Made by a program: the position numbers and the translations under genes. 64,000 nucleotides of DNA from Antedon mediterranea (taxonomy: Eukaryota > Animalia > Echinodermata). The notes under the pieces are model-generated. The model made no database searches, was not told the origin of the DNA, and saw only the letters and a list, made by a program, of their open reading frames with translations. The DNA lies in NCBI RefSeq assembly GCF_964355755.1, contig NC_092675.1, positions 5,141,812 through 5,205,811 on the forward strand, in the 5' to 3' direction. Position 1 is the first letter of the stretch; the number at the start of each line of letters is the position of its first letter. Positions 11,092 to 26,000 of the stretch are shown one piece after another.

Positions 11092-14000
11092 TTAAGCACA
11101 TGGGGTCCGGTTACAGTTTCTTTTTGTTTTGGGTTTGATATTTTTTTTACATCTCTTAACATTTACTGACTTGGTGGTTCCATTCACTGTTCGGATACAT
11201 TTGCTTTTTCTCGTTTGCTTTCCATTGTCTCCACATGTTGCACTGCATTGACTCCATTTTGACAATTTCCAAGCATACCTGATAAGACAAAAATCAATAT
11301 TATATTAAATTTATACAGTGATAGTATTCTATTTATGTTTGTTGAAAAATATATGAATAGTTTTTGCTTTGATATATCATTAACCGTGTCGATCACAACA
11401 GCTCATGACCGAAGTGTGTGTTTATGAAAAGAAACACTATGGTTCTATTAAGAAGCTGAAATTATATTTTCATTTAAAATTAGAATGCTGATTTAATAAC
11501 TTCAAGAACAAAAATAACTACGCATTTATATCAGTAGGGCTACGTAAAGCATAATCTGTTAGTTTGTAGGCCTACAACTATTGGTTACACAGGTCGTTCT
11601 TTGATATTCTAGACAGAGTGCACGTAGACTAGGTAGACTAGAGACGCTAGTTTAAAAACACTGGGCAACTTACGTTGGTTTATTTTTCTTTTCTTCGGTG
11701 CATGCTTTGATATTACATTCTTTCTTTATTGATTGCTGATCATAGTTTCCCTTCTTACATGCTTTATTGTTAACGATCTTATCATCTCCAAGTCGTCGGC
11801 ATTGGAATCTTTTGTAGCTCCAACCTAGTAATCAAATTTTGCTCATAATTAGACCTAATATAATAGGGATTACACATGTATTAATAATGCTTCCGAATTA
11901 AATTTGCAAGATAGTATTGGAACTTTATTCTTGCCAATAACAATAATAATAATAATAATAACAATAAATATAATAATATATTTTTACATGATTATTTTTC
12001 ATTAATATTACCATATCATACCTTTTCCGCAAGATTTTGAACATTCTGTCCATCCCTTTGCTTCCCAAGAAAACTTCTTCTTTTCCGTTAAAGGTGTTTT
12101 TGGTATACACTGACCTCTTCGACACCACTTAAAATTAACACACATCATAAAATATTTAGAGTGCCCACTATGCAAATCATAAAAGATATTTTTCTATTTA
12201 TAGTACTCTGATTTTATGGGTTGTAAAAATTAAAAAGACAAGATGGTATTCTAAGTACAGTATTTTCTTGAAATGTGTGTAATTAATTACCGTCATTATT
12301 ATTATATTATACACTGTAAAAATAGTGTTTAGGTCTTAAACATGTATTTTGTACCCACTTTTTCAACACATTTAGCCTTAAACATGTTTAGATGTGAAAC
12401 ATGTTTAGGTTCTAAACACATTCTAAACATGTAGTCTGTATCCAACTCAACACATCAGTGACGTATTTATTGTTAAACATGTAGAGCAATATGAAGACAA
12501 GTTTAGGTTTAAAACGTGTTTAATTTGCCATGTGTGGAGCTCATGTGTGGAGCTTTTTTCCGCCACAGTAAAATCGTATGCACGCAACGCTAAACACATA
12601 CCTAAACATTTTGACTGCTAAACATGTGGAGTGATTGAACATAATATTGGCATTAGTCAAGTGGAGGAAAACAACATGTAGCTATAAACACGTTTAGCTT
12701 TTAAACACGCTAAACATGTAACTCGTGTCTAAAAGCTAAACGTGTGGAAAAAGTGGGTACAAAATAGGTGTTTAAGATCTAAACACTATTTTTACAGTGT
12801 AAGAAAAGATGATCCGGTATACGATACGGTACGGTACCGTACTGAAAGAAACTAAACAATGTAAACACTTTGTCGTTCATACCATATTTTCCCCACACTC
12901 TGTTCCTTCCAATGGAGGGGTCTGTGCAATATCGTGCAGGCAGTAGTTACGGTTACCTTTTGAACTACAAAGTAGTAACTCACATGGATCTTTCTGTAAT
13001 ATAAAAGAATCATGGGTAATTGAAATTAATTATTAATTGTATTACACACACTGAAGGACAAAGGCCCGTCCGTCCAGAAGATATCATTATGAGGACATTC
13101 ACGTGAGGTTACAATGCTTCTTACCTGTGATTTTATAAAGTGGGCTAATTATTAAATTATATTTGGAATAAGAAATTAGATGATAAATTGAATGAATATT
13201 CCATTTTTGTGTCAAACATTTTTACTATGATTTTCTTAGGATTTCGTCATAAAATGGAGGCGACTGGTGGTAACATATTGGCCTCGATCTTTTGACAAAA
13301 CTTGAATAATGTTACGATAAACATACGTACATTGAACGCCTTATTTGCCCATGGACAGTGCGCAAAATCTCCACCGTGCATAAAGTAACACTGGTCATCG
13401 AGTGTAAACTTGATTCCTGGTAGACTATCCTGTCTCAATCCACCAACGAACGGGTTGTCGTGAAGACACTTGTAATTTCTGAAACAACAACATTGTATAA
13501 GAATGATTGAAAACGATGAATATCGAATAGTTTATATTCAATTTATTAATTTCAATTTTGCTCTCAGTTTCTATCTATCTATGTATCAGGACTAACTGTA
13601 TCTTCGGAGACAGTCATTTAATTAAATTGCTAAAAATGCGACATTGGTCTATGCCATACATCCACCGTACTAATTCGAGGGTAAGAGTTGATATTACCTT
13701 TTTCGCGGTATTCATTTTTGAATGAGACATATAATAAAAACACTCTAAACTATTTTAGAGATATGTTTTAATATCTGTTTTAATTATTGAATATAGATAT
13801 AACTATATAAAGAAAGATTTGCATACGAGATGTTCTTTTCGAGTAGTCTTGCACTACATGTTGACCAAAAGAAACCAGCAAGTTGTGATGTAATCTTGTC
13901 TGCCATCAATGATCCTTTGGCCGCCGCACTCTGACATCCAGTCTTTGCATTATCATGTTCAAATCCAAGTCTAAAAGAACCATCGTAAATGACCAATGGA

Positions 14001-17000
14001 AAACAATGTTATAATGTAACGTTAGTAACTTCAAGTCGAATATTGGAATTATTATGCCTCTAAATGTTAATTTAATGAATATTTTTGCGAAGTTTATTTG
14101 TTAGAAAATGATATGAATTTCTCTTCTTTTGTTTACTTACAAATGACCAATTTCATGAGCCAAAACCAACGCTGACCGAAGCCCTGAATCTTTGCCAATA
14201 ATACAACTCTGTCGATCTCCACATACTGTACCGACGAGAGCATATCCTGATTAAGAAAAGTTCGGAATCATTAAAGCACAAGGAATTCAAGAGTATGTGA
14301 TTATATAGTATACGATTATAGTTTTAACTCTAAATTGTTGTGTATTCCTTGTAAAACGGTTCTTTTTTATAAACTATCTGATACACACTGACTATGAATG
14401 TTTCTTACCAGCTCGTTTTGTTGTTAGTCTGGTTAAGTATATGTTTATATCTGCTTTTTTGCCAATTCCGTTTTCTTGGTATGTATTTCGACTAGACCAA
14501 GCACAAGCTTTTGCCAAACTCTTTTCCATACTGTCCGGAGAAATCATTTTTGACGACTATAAATTAAAATGTTAAAAAAAAAAATGTATCTCAATATAAA
14601 AATATTAATGCAATAAATGTCTTTATTCAATAAATTTATTTATACATGTATTTTTCAGCACTGTGCTGCTCGAATATCAGCAGGCACCTGTACTCATGAA
14701 TGTTGGTGTCATGTGCACTTTTCGTACTTTCTCACATTGTTTAAGTAAATGTCATGCAATATTATACGGCAGTTAAAAAGGCATGCCTTTAAAAACTAGT
14801 ACAAAATGTAAACGGTGACGTAAATGAAAGAAAACTATTCTTACCACTGATTTGCCAACTTTAACCAATTTAGTAACAATAAAATTGATTTCTGTTCCAA
14901 GACTTTGGTGATGGAATGTCTGGTCTACCTGTAAGATGATATATTTTTGTGACAAATTAACTACAAAGAGTAGCATTAGTGTGCGTCAGCAAACTTTGAG
15001 ATTTGGATAAAATATCAATCATTTCATTTATAATTAAACACAAGTGAGATTTTAATTGTAATATGATATATCCTATTTTAAAAATATTGAACTTATTTTT
15101 ATGATATATTAGATTTCAGTGATATATAACTTGCACATGTTTATATAATTGAGGAAACTGTAAATCATTTAATATAATTGTAGAAAAACAATGTCAGGTG
15201 TCATTGAATGTTTTTTTTAAATTATTTTTTATTGTTCGATCTAAATCTTTAGAAATATATGGAAAAAATAAATAAAATGGAAACCGTGTTACATTTTTAG
15301 GGTTACATTTTTGTTAATAACAAGAATTACTTGTTATTCTTCGATTTAAATCTTTAAAAAAATATTAAGTTAAAATGGAAACCGAGTTTTTGTTTTGTAC
15401 AGTATGGCGACAAACAGAATATTAATCCCGCACTTTATGTTTCAAATATAACTATAAAAATATTAGATGCCATATTCAAGCAGCTTTTATCTATGTTATT
15501 CTATAGTCAGAATTTCACTATTATAATACTTACAATATTTATGAGTGTTAATACATATTCCTTCAGATCACGTGTTCGATGGAATTCTTGCATTGAGTAA
15601 TCAACATTAACGATGACTTCTGCGTAGTACTTGCTAGCTTCTCGTTTTTGTCTACTTTTAAAATGATTATCTACTCTTTTGTTTTTATTTTTTGGATCTG
15701 GTGTATCTGTTAAAATAAAAATACTGTTTATGTAATTTGATTTTTTAAAATTTAGTGTTAAAAAATGTTGTACATCATTATCGATTAGATTTTTATTCCC
15801 ATCATTATTTGAATGTGTCGTGCATAAATTGTTGAATTCCAACCCACTGCTTTTATTTTTGTATTACGATTCAAGACTGATTATAAAGAGTTTATTGTAC
15901 AATATTATTTAATAAGCAATTAAATATAATATCACCCCACTACCCTTCCTAGAATTTAAACGAAATAGAAATAAGATCACTTTAACGACTTCCTTCCTTA
16001 TATTCTCATTAAAAAAAACACTCCACCGCAGAACAGGTAAATTTTGTCCTACTGTTTCAATTATGTGTATGTTAGACCACATAATGCAATGATTCTTAGG
16101 TAAGCTGGAGATTTAGATTGACTTAGACATTTGAAATCAGCTATTTGAATCAGCCACCAACATAAACACACATAGCTTTGTGGAAAACGTTAACAAAATA
16201 TTAACGAATTAAATCTCCGACAACTCTGAGCTTAAGTACGGTACTTACTTAGCATGGACGTCGCCAGAATTTATATTCAAAAGGGGCAGCACAGCAGCAT
16301 CCTATCCTTAAGATCGAGACACCCATAAGTTTTATCTTTATAGTTTAATTACATTATATATCAATGATATTTCATGAAGTAATACGGAAAGGATCAATGC
16401 GCGACAACCAACCAAAATGCGACTGTATTAAGTCAATCTAAATAGCAGTTCAACTAGGCACAGGTGCAAATGTTCATCCCTTGATCTTCACATTGAATTG
16501 AAATTGACCGTCATATACTTCCCATACGTGTTTCATATCACTCTATATCTCACTTAAGTGTTTCCAGATTCCATTAACTTAACAAAAACAAATTCAACCG
16601 CGATGGGAAGTAGAAACACACTGTCCATTTATTTACATCGAATGTAGGATAACAGATAAAGTAAGACTTCCGTACCAGTTTCAAAATTTTAATAGGATGG
16701 GAAATACACCTGCTAAAATACATGGCAGGTCTAAAGTAATTTCTCCGCCGTCTAATTTTAACTCACTTTGATCTGTAGTTGGCAATTACCGTTATAAACA
16801 TCAACTCTCCAAAACCAAAATCCGTTTAAACATACTTGCGTCAAGCTATATATCATTTTCTTAATATTTAGCCATGCTTACTTAGAAGATCACTCTCCTG
16901 ATGAACATTGATATAGGAATAATAATATTAAAGAATAAACTAAACAATGTGATGTGGTGTAAACGTTCTTTAAAGAAAAATCTTTGAGGGAAATACGAAA

Positions 17001-20000
17001 ACAGTTAAGTCTCGTCAATATTTCAAATACAGTTTATCCAAAATCATTCATGACAGTCGTTAATTCTCAAGATCGTCACAGTTAACAATATTATGACTGA
17101 CATGGCAGGGAGGAATACTGACTTCTGTTTGTTTATCAAGTATTCAGAAAACAGTCGTATGATACTGTTGACAGACAAGACTGCAACAAATTGCTTCCAA
17201 CGATGCTTTGAATTAAAATAATCTTTAAAACAAAGTGCCAAACTAAATTAGGCCATGAAAGTGAATTATCTAAGAAGACAACTTTGTGGTTATGGCAACT
17301 AGTGACAACGGTGATGGAAATAGTTATTGCTATTCTACTCAGTTCACAGTTAAAGAACGTGGTATAAGATAGAGGGAAATACATTTTTAGGTAAACGTTT
17401 ACGTAATAAAAACTCATATTTATTATTTTATTTCATTATATTTGGTTTATGTTATATTATGAATCCAGAAGTCGCCTCAATACTTCATGCATTTTAATCT
17501 TTTTAATTGCCTGTTGCAAAAATTTTGTTTTAAATTGTCTTAATTATGCTAAGCAAAACGAATTTCCATTTCCATAGACCAATACAATTTCTTGAATCTT
17601 GAATCACCACCATCAGTCATAAATGTACAGGATTAAAGTGGTCACACACTGACAGCAATAATTGTGTTTTAAAATGGGCTTGTACAGAAGCTGGTTAATC
17701 GCAGACTTTCAAATACCTTTCCTCGAAACCAATCCGACTATAAAACCGCACAACTGCGCAATCCAAAAGGAACAAGACTAACTAAATTAGCAAGGGTATG
17801 TTAGACCAAAATTGTTATCAAATTAAAAACGACTCACCATTTCTAAAGTCTAATATAGTATTGGTATCTTGATTAAAGTGTGTAATTTTGTGAAGCATTC
17901 CAGCGTCTAAATTTTCTCTATCTTTTATTATAGGTTCAATTATGTATTCCCCTCCTTGATATTTGAATACACCATTCTGCAATATAACAAATATTTAATA
18001 TGGTATCATTTTAAATGTTAGATCAAAATTCTTTAAAGCGCTGTCCGCCTGGAAAGTACCGATTAATTGAATAAACAGTTTCAACGGAAACTATCAATTT
18101 TTATTTCAATGTCAATTTTTATTATAATAAGAACCACACAATCATTTTATTATTTTTATATCATAACAGTTGTATTTAAGTTGCACTGTACTGTATTTAC
18201 ATCCAAGTAATCACTGTCAAATTGAACCATGTTTGCAATAAAACGACTCGCTTCCTTTGGGTTGGCTTGTTAATACTGATAAGACGATCATCAGCTGTAC
18301 AATATAGTGACCAATCCTAATATAATATTCTACTGAGATGATAAAGTGCGTAACTATTAGTTATCACGCACGTTTTATTGCTACAGGGAATTTGAATCAC
18401 AAATAGTTTATGAAAAGTCATACAGTAATAATATTCATTAATTTTTCTCTTTCAGACATAGTTGTACCTAATAAATATATAAAACTCTTGTCATCATTAG
18501 GCCTACTCATAATCATTAAATCAGAGCATTACGTTTCAAGTTCAACAAACTAATACCATTCTTTCTAAAGACTGCTATTAAATAATGTCTTTATTCAAAT
18601 ATACAGTATTTGAGGATATAAGAATATTATTTAGTATGTCTATGACTCTTTGAGTCGAGTCGTACGAAAAGTCATACAATTGTCTTATCATTAACTTTTC
18701 GATGGATGTATTTGCTTCTGTTAGTTTTTTTTCATATCCAGATTTAGTTTTTGGTCTGCCAACTTGTCTTTTAACTTTGCGTAAAAAAATTTATGTCAAA
18801 TCTAATTTGTCATGAGTCCACTTGGAAGTCTTAGCATTAGGCCAATGTCTTGGTCATTTTGTATTTTCCCTTCCTGAATATATTTTACCATTTTTAAATT
18901 TATTAACAATTTTTAATTCATTTTATTCAGGATAAATACATAAAACCTAAAAGTTTGATATATTTAGCCTGAATAACAGGATATAGATCATTCACTTAAT
19001 TATTACTATTATTTGTTTATTAAAAGTGACAAATGGTTGACACTCACCATTCCATCACAAATACTTATGGCTACTTCTGAGAATTCATCGTCGACAATGC
19101 TTCCAACAAAGAAACATTGTTTCTCATGTGATGCTCTGACGTCTACTATTCCATCCTCAGTTGCTGTTTCTACTGAAAAGCCTGGGCCAAGTAAATGTTC
19201 ATTACGGGTGAGGTTTAGAATCAGGATGACACCGTAAAAATTCATACCAAAATACCTATTTGGGTCATTGGTTGAACCAGACCCGTCACTTCGTCGTACA
19301 CGATTATAATCCTTTCTGATCTCATCTTCTTCATTAAATAATTCGAAGGATACGAATTCACCCTCTGAGTTTGAGACAAACGGCCGAACCATTGTTACAC
19401 TCTCTGTAAGATATGTTCATAGGCAAAATATTTAAATAAAAAGACCCGTACTGTTCCAAAGAGAGAGTGTTACGTAATTTATTATATTTTATTTACATAA
19501 CTTACTGTATTCTATATTTGAATTTGGAACATAAAAGTAATAAGAATATGGTTAATTATTATAATAACTAATCTGTGATTATCAGTAGGCCTACTATGCG
19601 AGCTGAGGTTATGCATGTTCTTTTTACATAACCTCAAACATTATAACCGTACTCTTATTCATGCAAATAGTATATGCCACAATGTCAAAAATAATAGTAG
19701 GCTATATTGAGCAGTAGAACTTTACACATAAACAGGCTACGAAATTTAAATGTATAATCATTATAAAGGATTTGACTCATCATTATTATCACACTAAACT
19801 TTCTGTGTACTTCGGAAAACTTGACTCAATAAGTAATTATATCTAATTATTAATAATTAAGAACTCGTCAGTTCAAGTTGTGATATCAAAGCCAGCGCTA
19901 ACGACGTTTGATGTCTTAGATTTCCGAGGAAGACAGTCTGCCATTTAACAGATTTTGCAAGGAAGATTTTCTTCATAAACTAGGTTTAATATCTTTAGTT

Positions 20001-23000
20001 TAATATTCTTCATTGGAATTTTTTTCGAATAATATTGGAAACAAAATGCCAAACCTCGAAAAAGGAAATATAACAAGAGATGTTATGATGTTGTTGAAAC
20101 CTTTATCAGCTTTTAACTATTTAACTGACTGGTTTAATCAGACTTGATATTGCTTTTGTGTTACAGAAACTAACTAAATGACAAAACGTACATTTATTAT
20201 ATAATTATATTATATTTGTTTAAATTCAATCATATTTTATTACATTTTTCATACAACCCGTATGAATGTAATAAAATGAATTTGGTTGTTATGGAGAGGT
20301 GGGTATTAAAGGCATCGCAAACTATAACTGCAGCAATTTAATCGTTTAACTGTTTAATGTGTCTCCAATTAAATTGCTGGAAACTGCATCTCTTCCTTAA
20401 CTTTGCGACAATTTTTGCCTTGAGGCACTTGGATAAAATTCAAAATTTCAGGTCAGTGGTAATCTTTATTATGCCTTATCAATTTACCCTAAATAGTACT
20501 CTCGTCATAATCACTATATGCTGAATTACGTATAGCATTCTTCATTCGTGGATTTGATATGTCCATTTTTCACATAATAGTCAGCCACCAAAGAAAGAAA
20601 GGGGTACACGCGCGCACGAACTTTTACAAATTGGTTAAGAGTTGTCAACTTATAATTAGGAAGCATAGGAATATACCCACGCACTATCTAAGGCGTCGAC
20701 TAGTTTTAAGAAGAGACAAACATTTCCGTTTGGAAATATTTATATCTGAGCTAAAATAGTTGAGATTGAAAAGTGTCAATCTGATATTATTAATAATTTG
20801 CTTAAATTGGTTTATTGGAATGATCACGTGTAATAAGGCGACAGAATGACTGTTTTGCTAATACTCGTAAGGACGGCGTAACCCACATCTAATCATACTA
20901 ACATGGGTGTTTCTTTTCATTTCCGTATTTATTAATACTAAATACACATTTTATATTTATAAGTATGTAGACATTTTAAATCAATGTAGCATATATAACT
21001 TTGGGACAAATTTTAATTCTAATGTAATTTAGTAGATGATTTAGTAGACGTGATGCTTACCGTCAGTTTCTGCTGTACTGGCACATATTAACAATATCTG
21101 AAATACAAAATTAGTAAATTGTTTTAGTCACAAATAATTAACAATCAAGCGAACTTGCGACAGCACGGTAACTGTTATTCAAAAATCTGTTTCATGAATA
21201 TACCAATTTGAACAAAAAGAAACTATACAAAAGTATAATTGAGACCTGGTATTACCAATAAACCAATTGTGCTTTGTCATTTTATAAATAAGTGACAGAA
21301 AACATTAGGATAATTCATTTGTCTCTCAGACTTTCAGTTTTTTCATGTTGAATAGATTTCTTTGCTACGTACGTTTTTGGTCGCGTTGACGATCATTTAT
21401 CTTTCTCGACAAACATAACAAGCTCTTACCCCTTCAAATATAGGTCACATTCAACAGTTCATTAGAAGGCAGCTTGATGTGATTAGTGCGAATGTCATAT
21501 AAATAACAGTTGATGTGATCAAATCGTACCGTATTAACTTATCTTAAATTATCTGTACTTAGCCATGCATTATGGTTTAATTTAATTTTTTATAAACAAG
21601 TCAGAATTACGGTTACTAAATAATTTACTTCTTTGAAAAAAAAAACCCCATACATTTCCAAATGTTTGCAACTGATTCAACTGGTTACCCCCATTTTTAA
21701 ATTTCTGATTCAATATAGTATAGCTTACTTCATAATCAAGATAATATACTAAGTATACACTGTAATCATCCCAGCTCCCATGATGTAATTTACCTCACCG
21801 ACGTAATACTATACACACACTTAGGGTACAGTGATAACATAATTTACAGGGGCTAACATCTATTGCCCTAGTGGGGGAAAGATAAATAAGTGGGACATCT
21901 ACATGATATCACACCTCCAATTTCCTTCAAAATTGTCTAAACATCTCGTGCCAGAAGGATGAGGGTTAATCGCATCTCCCTACGGTCTTACACTGACTGT
22001 CCATGGCCTTGCTTAGAACCACATAAGGGATGTTTTAATTTTCAAGGAAAACACAACTGGATTAACCAGGAATCGTTGAACTCGTTACCTTATTTGAATA
22101 TCAGACGATACAGCATTCATTGAATTATTATGTTATTTCAGTCTTAAATTATAGAAGAAATTGTGGAAACGTGTAATGTTAACATTCCTAAAGGAAGGAA
22201 GCGACACGTAAACGAATATATTAATTACGTTTAATGTTTTCTACAAATAGCCCTAGTAAAAATACAAAATGTAACATATTTACACAAACACAGGTGAAAA
22301 TTTACAAAATAATTGTATCTAATAATAACATAAATCTAGATTTAGAAACGATTTCAAACAATGCCCGAAAGGGAATATTGTACTAGGCCTACAATACACG
22401 ATCATAGTTATCAACCAAAAAATGATAATATCATGCAACAGTGGATGTCACTCTTATGATGCAAATCAAAAAGCACTACAGCTTTTACACAAACAAAAAT
22501 GCATTGAAAAAATGTTGTTAGGTCTATTTTTGTTAAAGATTGCACTCGGAGAAGATATTTTAGAAATAATGGATTTTTCTACAATAGTATCTAGATATTT
22601 ATTCAATTTTAAGAACTCTGCGTTCAATTTTTTTTTAATGTATTTTTTTTTTAAGTATTAGTACTTCTTTATCTTTTTTTAAGTGGATAGCAATCTAACG
22701 ACGTTTGAAATGTTATCACTTTAAAGTGTGTTTATCAGAGTACATTCTTGGCTTGATTTGCAGACGAACTTATGAGTCACTGTCGGATAAATAAGAAGTA
22801 CATAGACCCACTTTATGATATTTTATTGTTTTTTTTACAAAACATTCCAGACACGATCCCATTTTTAGTATCTGTTATTAGGCCTAATTTACTTGAATAG
22901 GCTTAATTTGTTATTGTTCAGTGGAGTTATGTTTGGTAACTGTGGTAACATCCTTAAGATACCATAAGGCCAGTTTTACTATTAATTGTGATGTACCAAC

Positions 23001-26000
23001 ATAAGATTGAGTTCTTAGTTCACACATACCTTATACTTTAAACTACCAATATAATTTTTTACCTAGCCTTAATTATTCTATTCGTAAAACTCTTATATAA
23101 AAAAAATACAATGTGACAGGGTGAAAATATGAGATAAGGTTATGGAATAAATTTAAAATATTATTGGTGAGATTATACACATTAAATAATAATGTTGTAT
23201 ACATTTCTTTGAACAATATGTTCGAAATCATTTCAGGCAATTATTAATAGAGAAGTTTTTTCACATAAAGAACGTTTTGTGGGATTATATGTAACTTATT
23301 TGTGGCTTAAAGAAGAAAACCTTGGCAATGAATAACACCAGGAAGTTCATTAAAAACTAATTTTATGGAACATGCAACTGTTCACACGATTGATGTTTAA
23401 GGTTTTAATACGTTCAAGCTTATTAAATCCTCAATCATTCAATAGTTTGTCATGTGTACCTTTCTAGTATTTAAACCTATATTATAACATCTAGCATTAT
23501 TATTAGTTCAGAGACGCATAAATAGGCCTACACATCAAAATAGTTTGAAAATGACCAAAGACTGAAGTGAGGGCGACACCGAAAATACTTGCTTTAATAT
23601 TAGTGTTACCTCAATAATCATTACATAATAGCATTATAACATAGCTTGGTTTTTAATAATTCATCATAGATTAGAATAAATTTCACAATATAAACAATTT
23701 GAATTTATCTATATCTATCAATAACAACCGATACGAATCGATATTGATTCATTGAAAGGCAACATAGTGAATATTCTTATTAAATTGGAATGTTGGGAAT
23801 CTGATTTAGAATAAAATCAAAAGGAAGCAGCATCACATTGTGTGGAGCGCCCAGAGTGATGACTAAACTAATACAACACGATTCCATATATTTATATATT
23901 GTAAGGTTCCGTTAATTTGTAATCGGGAAGTTCACTATAATACATTGGGGATGCTGACACAATCCATTAATAATAATACCGTATGAGTGAGAAAGCATTG
24001 GGAACATTATTTATATAATAAAATGTTCGTTTATACTTACAATATAGGCCTAAATAAGCCTAATTATTTTTTGACAGACCAAATTTGAAGATGATCATAC
24101 ATGAGCTATCAACTTATTTGTATTTGTACCGTAAAGTAGTCAAATGAAACTACGGGTTTTGCATGCTACACTGTATGTATTACAATGGTGAATTAAGTTT
24201 TGAACATTTTTTATTGAACTGTGACGTATGTTCTTGCTTGTAGATCTAACTAAGTTTGTTGTATGAGAGAATGTATCTGGTGGGTGGAAATCTGTGATAA
24301 TACCATATGGCTATGTGGCCTAGTGGTATGATACTCGCCCTGTAAGCGAGAGGTTGCAGGTTCGAATCCCGTCAGAGACATTTTTTCATACAACTAAAAA
24401 ATACAGAATGTTCGCCAATGAGCTGTGCTCGACGCGATTATGAGATCATGTTCCGAATATGAGCACTGTTTCTATAACTTACAGTATGATTTATAACTAA
24501 TTTTAGTTTAGTTTTTTTTTAATAACAAGGCTATATACATGGCTGCAGTTGAGCTGTATTTTTATACACTTTATTTACTTACAGAACTGCTATGTATACG
24601 ATCGCGTGTAATTTGACAGAATACAAATTAGTTTAAAGATGTATATCACTGTGTGTGTGCTCGATCGGTGTGTAGTATTGGAAATGAATTTTTATTTGTA
24701 AGACTATTGCAGTTAAGCCACTTAAGTGGGTGTTGGCGACTTTATTTCTATGCATCGTAAGAAATTATGATATAAATGCTAAATGAATGACAGTTTTACC
24801 TAAAAAATAAAAAGAACGACTTTATCAATTTATACACGTTTTCAAAGAGTTTTGTAATTCTCATCCGGCTAATTACTAGTAATAATAAAATTATTTGGAT
24901 TAATTAATTAATTAATTAATTGGGTGTTTTTAATTTGTGATGATTTTTTTGCAGATAGGTTAACTTCTTCGGTATCGGTACTATGAGCTGTGAAATAATG
25001 TATAAATAATAATGTTATGAGAAATTGCTTCTTAAAAAACACATCTATCATCAATCGATTCGGATCTATGGAAATGGGCAATTACCCATTGCAAAGAAAT
25101 TACTTTCATCGTGATAGCAACCAACCTTAAACATCCTTAGGTTGAACTAGTTAGAGGTTGCTGTATTTTAGTCGGTTATGTCATTACTCAACGGGAAATT
25201 GAAATATCAAGCGACACACGCGAAATATAGTTACGTTAAAGTTGAAACACATTATTAATGTTTATGAGTGCAATGGTACAATACGTTATTTACTATAGGT
25301 ATATCTTGAAGATGGCATGTAATAGCTAAAACTATTTCTCCATGGTTAGTCTCAGTGTATATAGGCTAAGGTTTGCCTTTAAAATATAGTTTGTTTATAA
25401 CTTTCGGTTGATGACAAACCAGGAGGTAGAAAATATTCCGACAGAAGATAGTTACGACTCAATACTATACTATACAATAACAACGCAAACACAGTAAAGT
25501 GCAATCATTGAACATCATTTGTGAATGTAACTTAGATATGCCGTGTATAGTTATGCAATGAAATGTTTATTAAAATAAGTGAGTGATATAAATTATATAA
25601 AACTAGTAGTCATAAATAGATTACTCGAGGGTTAAATATTAATACGTCCCTGGGCAGAGGTGTTATAAATAGATTACTCGAGGGTTAAATATTAATACGT
25701 CCCTGGGCAGAGGTGTTACACTTTCATTTTGAGCGTCTGTGCTACCTTATTCGTTATAAGCAGGGTCAGATTACAGTAGTTTGTATATAATTCCATTTAT
25801 ATTAGTATGCGTTCATACATTTATTTTAAATTCCAGTAGGTGTATAAGTAAAGCAATAGCTACGGTAACCAATATAATTAGATTATATACTGTTTAATTA
25901 ATTATTGCTTAGTGTGCACAGCAGTAAAAATAGTGCATTGCTTAAAACGTAGGTAAAGAAACATTTCTTCTGATCAAACGTAAGTGGGTGGAGGGGGTTA

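Noticed and set aside
21729-21781. First coding exon of the long ADAMTS gene
   Set aside because: In-frame TAG after the ATG; 26302-26255 gives a proper signal peptide in phase.
24309-24380. Functional tRNA gene (also 61880-61951)
   Set aside because: Acceptor- and T-stem mismatches, C at position 33, an anticodon that does not match the Pro-like body, and location within a dispersed repeat.
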